Shown here: positions 63,966 through 64,000 of the stretch, in pieces | Numbering within the stretch: the stretch's first letter is position 1 | How the letters are laid out: every line of letters starts with the position of its first letter | Source: Pseudomonadota bacterium | GTDB taxonomy: Bacteria > Pseudomonadota > Gammaproteobacteria > Arenicellales > UBA868 | DNA length: 64,000 nucleotides | Direction of reading: 5' to 3' | Assembly (NCBI GenBank): GCA_002718155.1 | Contig: PBDS01000019.1 | Coordinates: forward strand, 21,227-85,226 | Program-made: the position numbers and the translations under genes | The notes under the pieces: generated by a model | What the model was told of the DNA's origin: nothing | Database searches by the model: none | What the model saw: only the letters and a program-made list of their open reading frames with translations

Positions 63966-64000
63966 CGCATTACCCCTTCGGCCCGGCTGTTCCCGGCCCG

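Overview
GC-rich bacterial chromosomal segment (most 60-nt lines I hand-counted are 65-80% G+C) that is almost entirely coding. I call 62 protein genes and one gene remnant, arranged in about 21 alternating-strand blocks. Nearly all are soluble catabolic or redox enzymes: 4 SDRs, 3 alpha/beta hydrolases, 2 crotonases, 2 D-2-hydroxyacid dehydrogenases, 3 TPP-enzyme genes, HpcH/CitE/class II aldolases and lyases, 2OG- and flavin-dependent oxygenases, a family III CoA-transferase, a CoxMSL-type molybdenum hydroxylase, sugar-acid dehydratases, 2 aminotransferases, and amidase/amidohydrolases. I found no rRNA, tRNA, CRISPR array, transposase, integrase, phage gene or recognisable defence or toxin-antitoxin gene. 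I also found no transcription factor, and only two transporters (one DMT, one MFS). There is no clear-cut novel system here, only several oddities worth a second look. (1) A low-GC islet at 18.9-20.2 kb holds a RecD-like helicase remnant. Next to it, a secreted Cys-rich-repeat ORF and an orphan ORF share one frame, separated by a single TAG. (2) A ComD/ComE-like TPP decarboxylase has its two halves in one frame, split by a single TGA. It sits behind a class II aldolase at the end of a co-directional TfdA/GMC/aldolase/GST/HAD gene string. (3) A CoxMSL-type operon ends with an orphan MoaD/ThiS-like Gly-Gly protein and an M24 hydrolase. (4) An orphan secreted octahaem cytochrome c is fused to HEAT/TPR repeats inside a lower-GC patch. 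(5) An unannotated 33-codon membrane ORF has a strong Shine-Dalgarno sequence. The many long antisense ORFs in the track are GC-rich shadow frames. Taxonomic guess, as low-confidence inference: a heterotrophic, possibly marine, proteobacterium.
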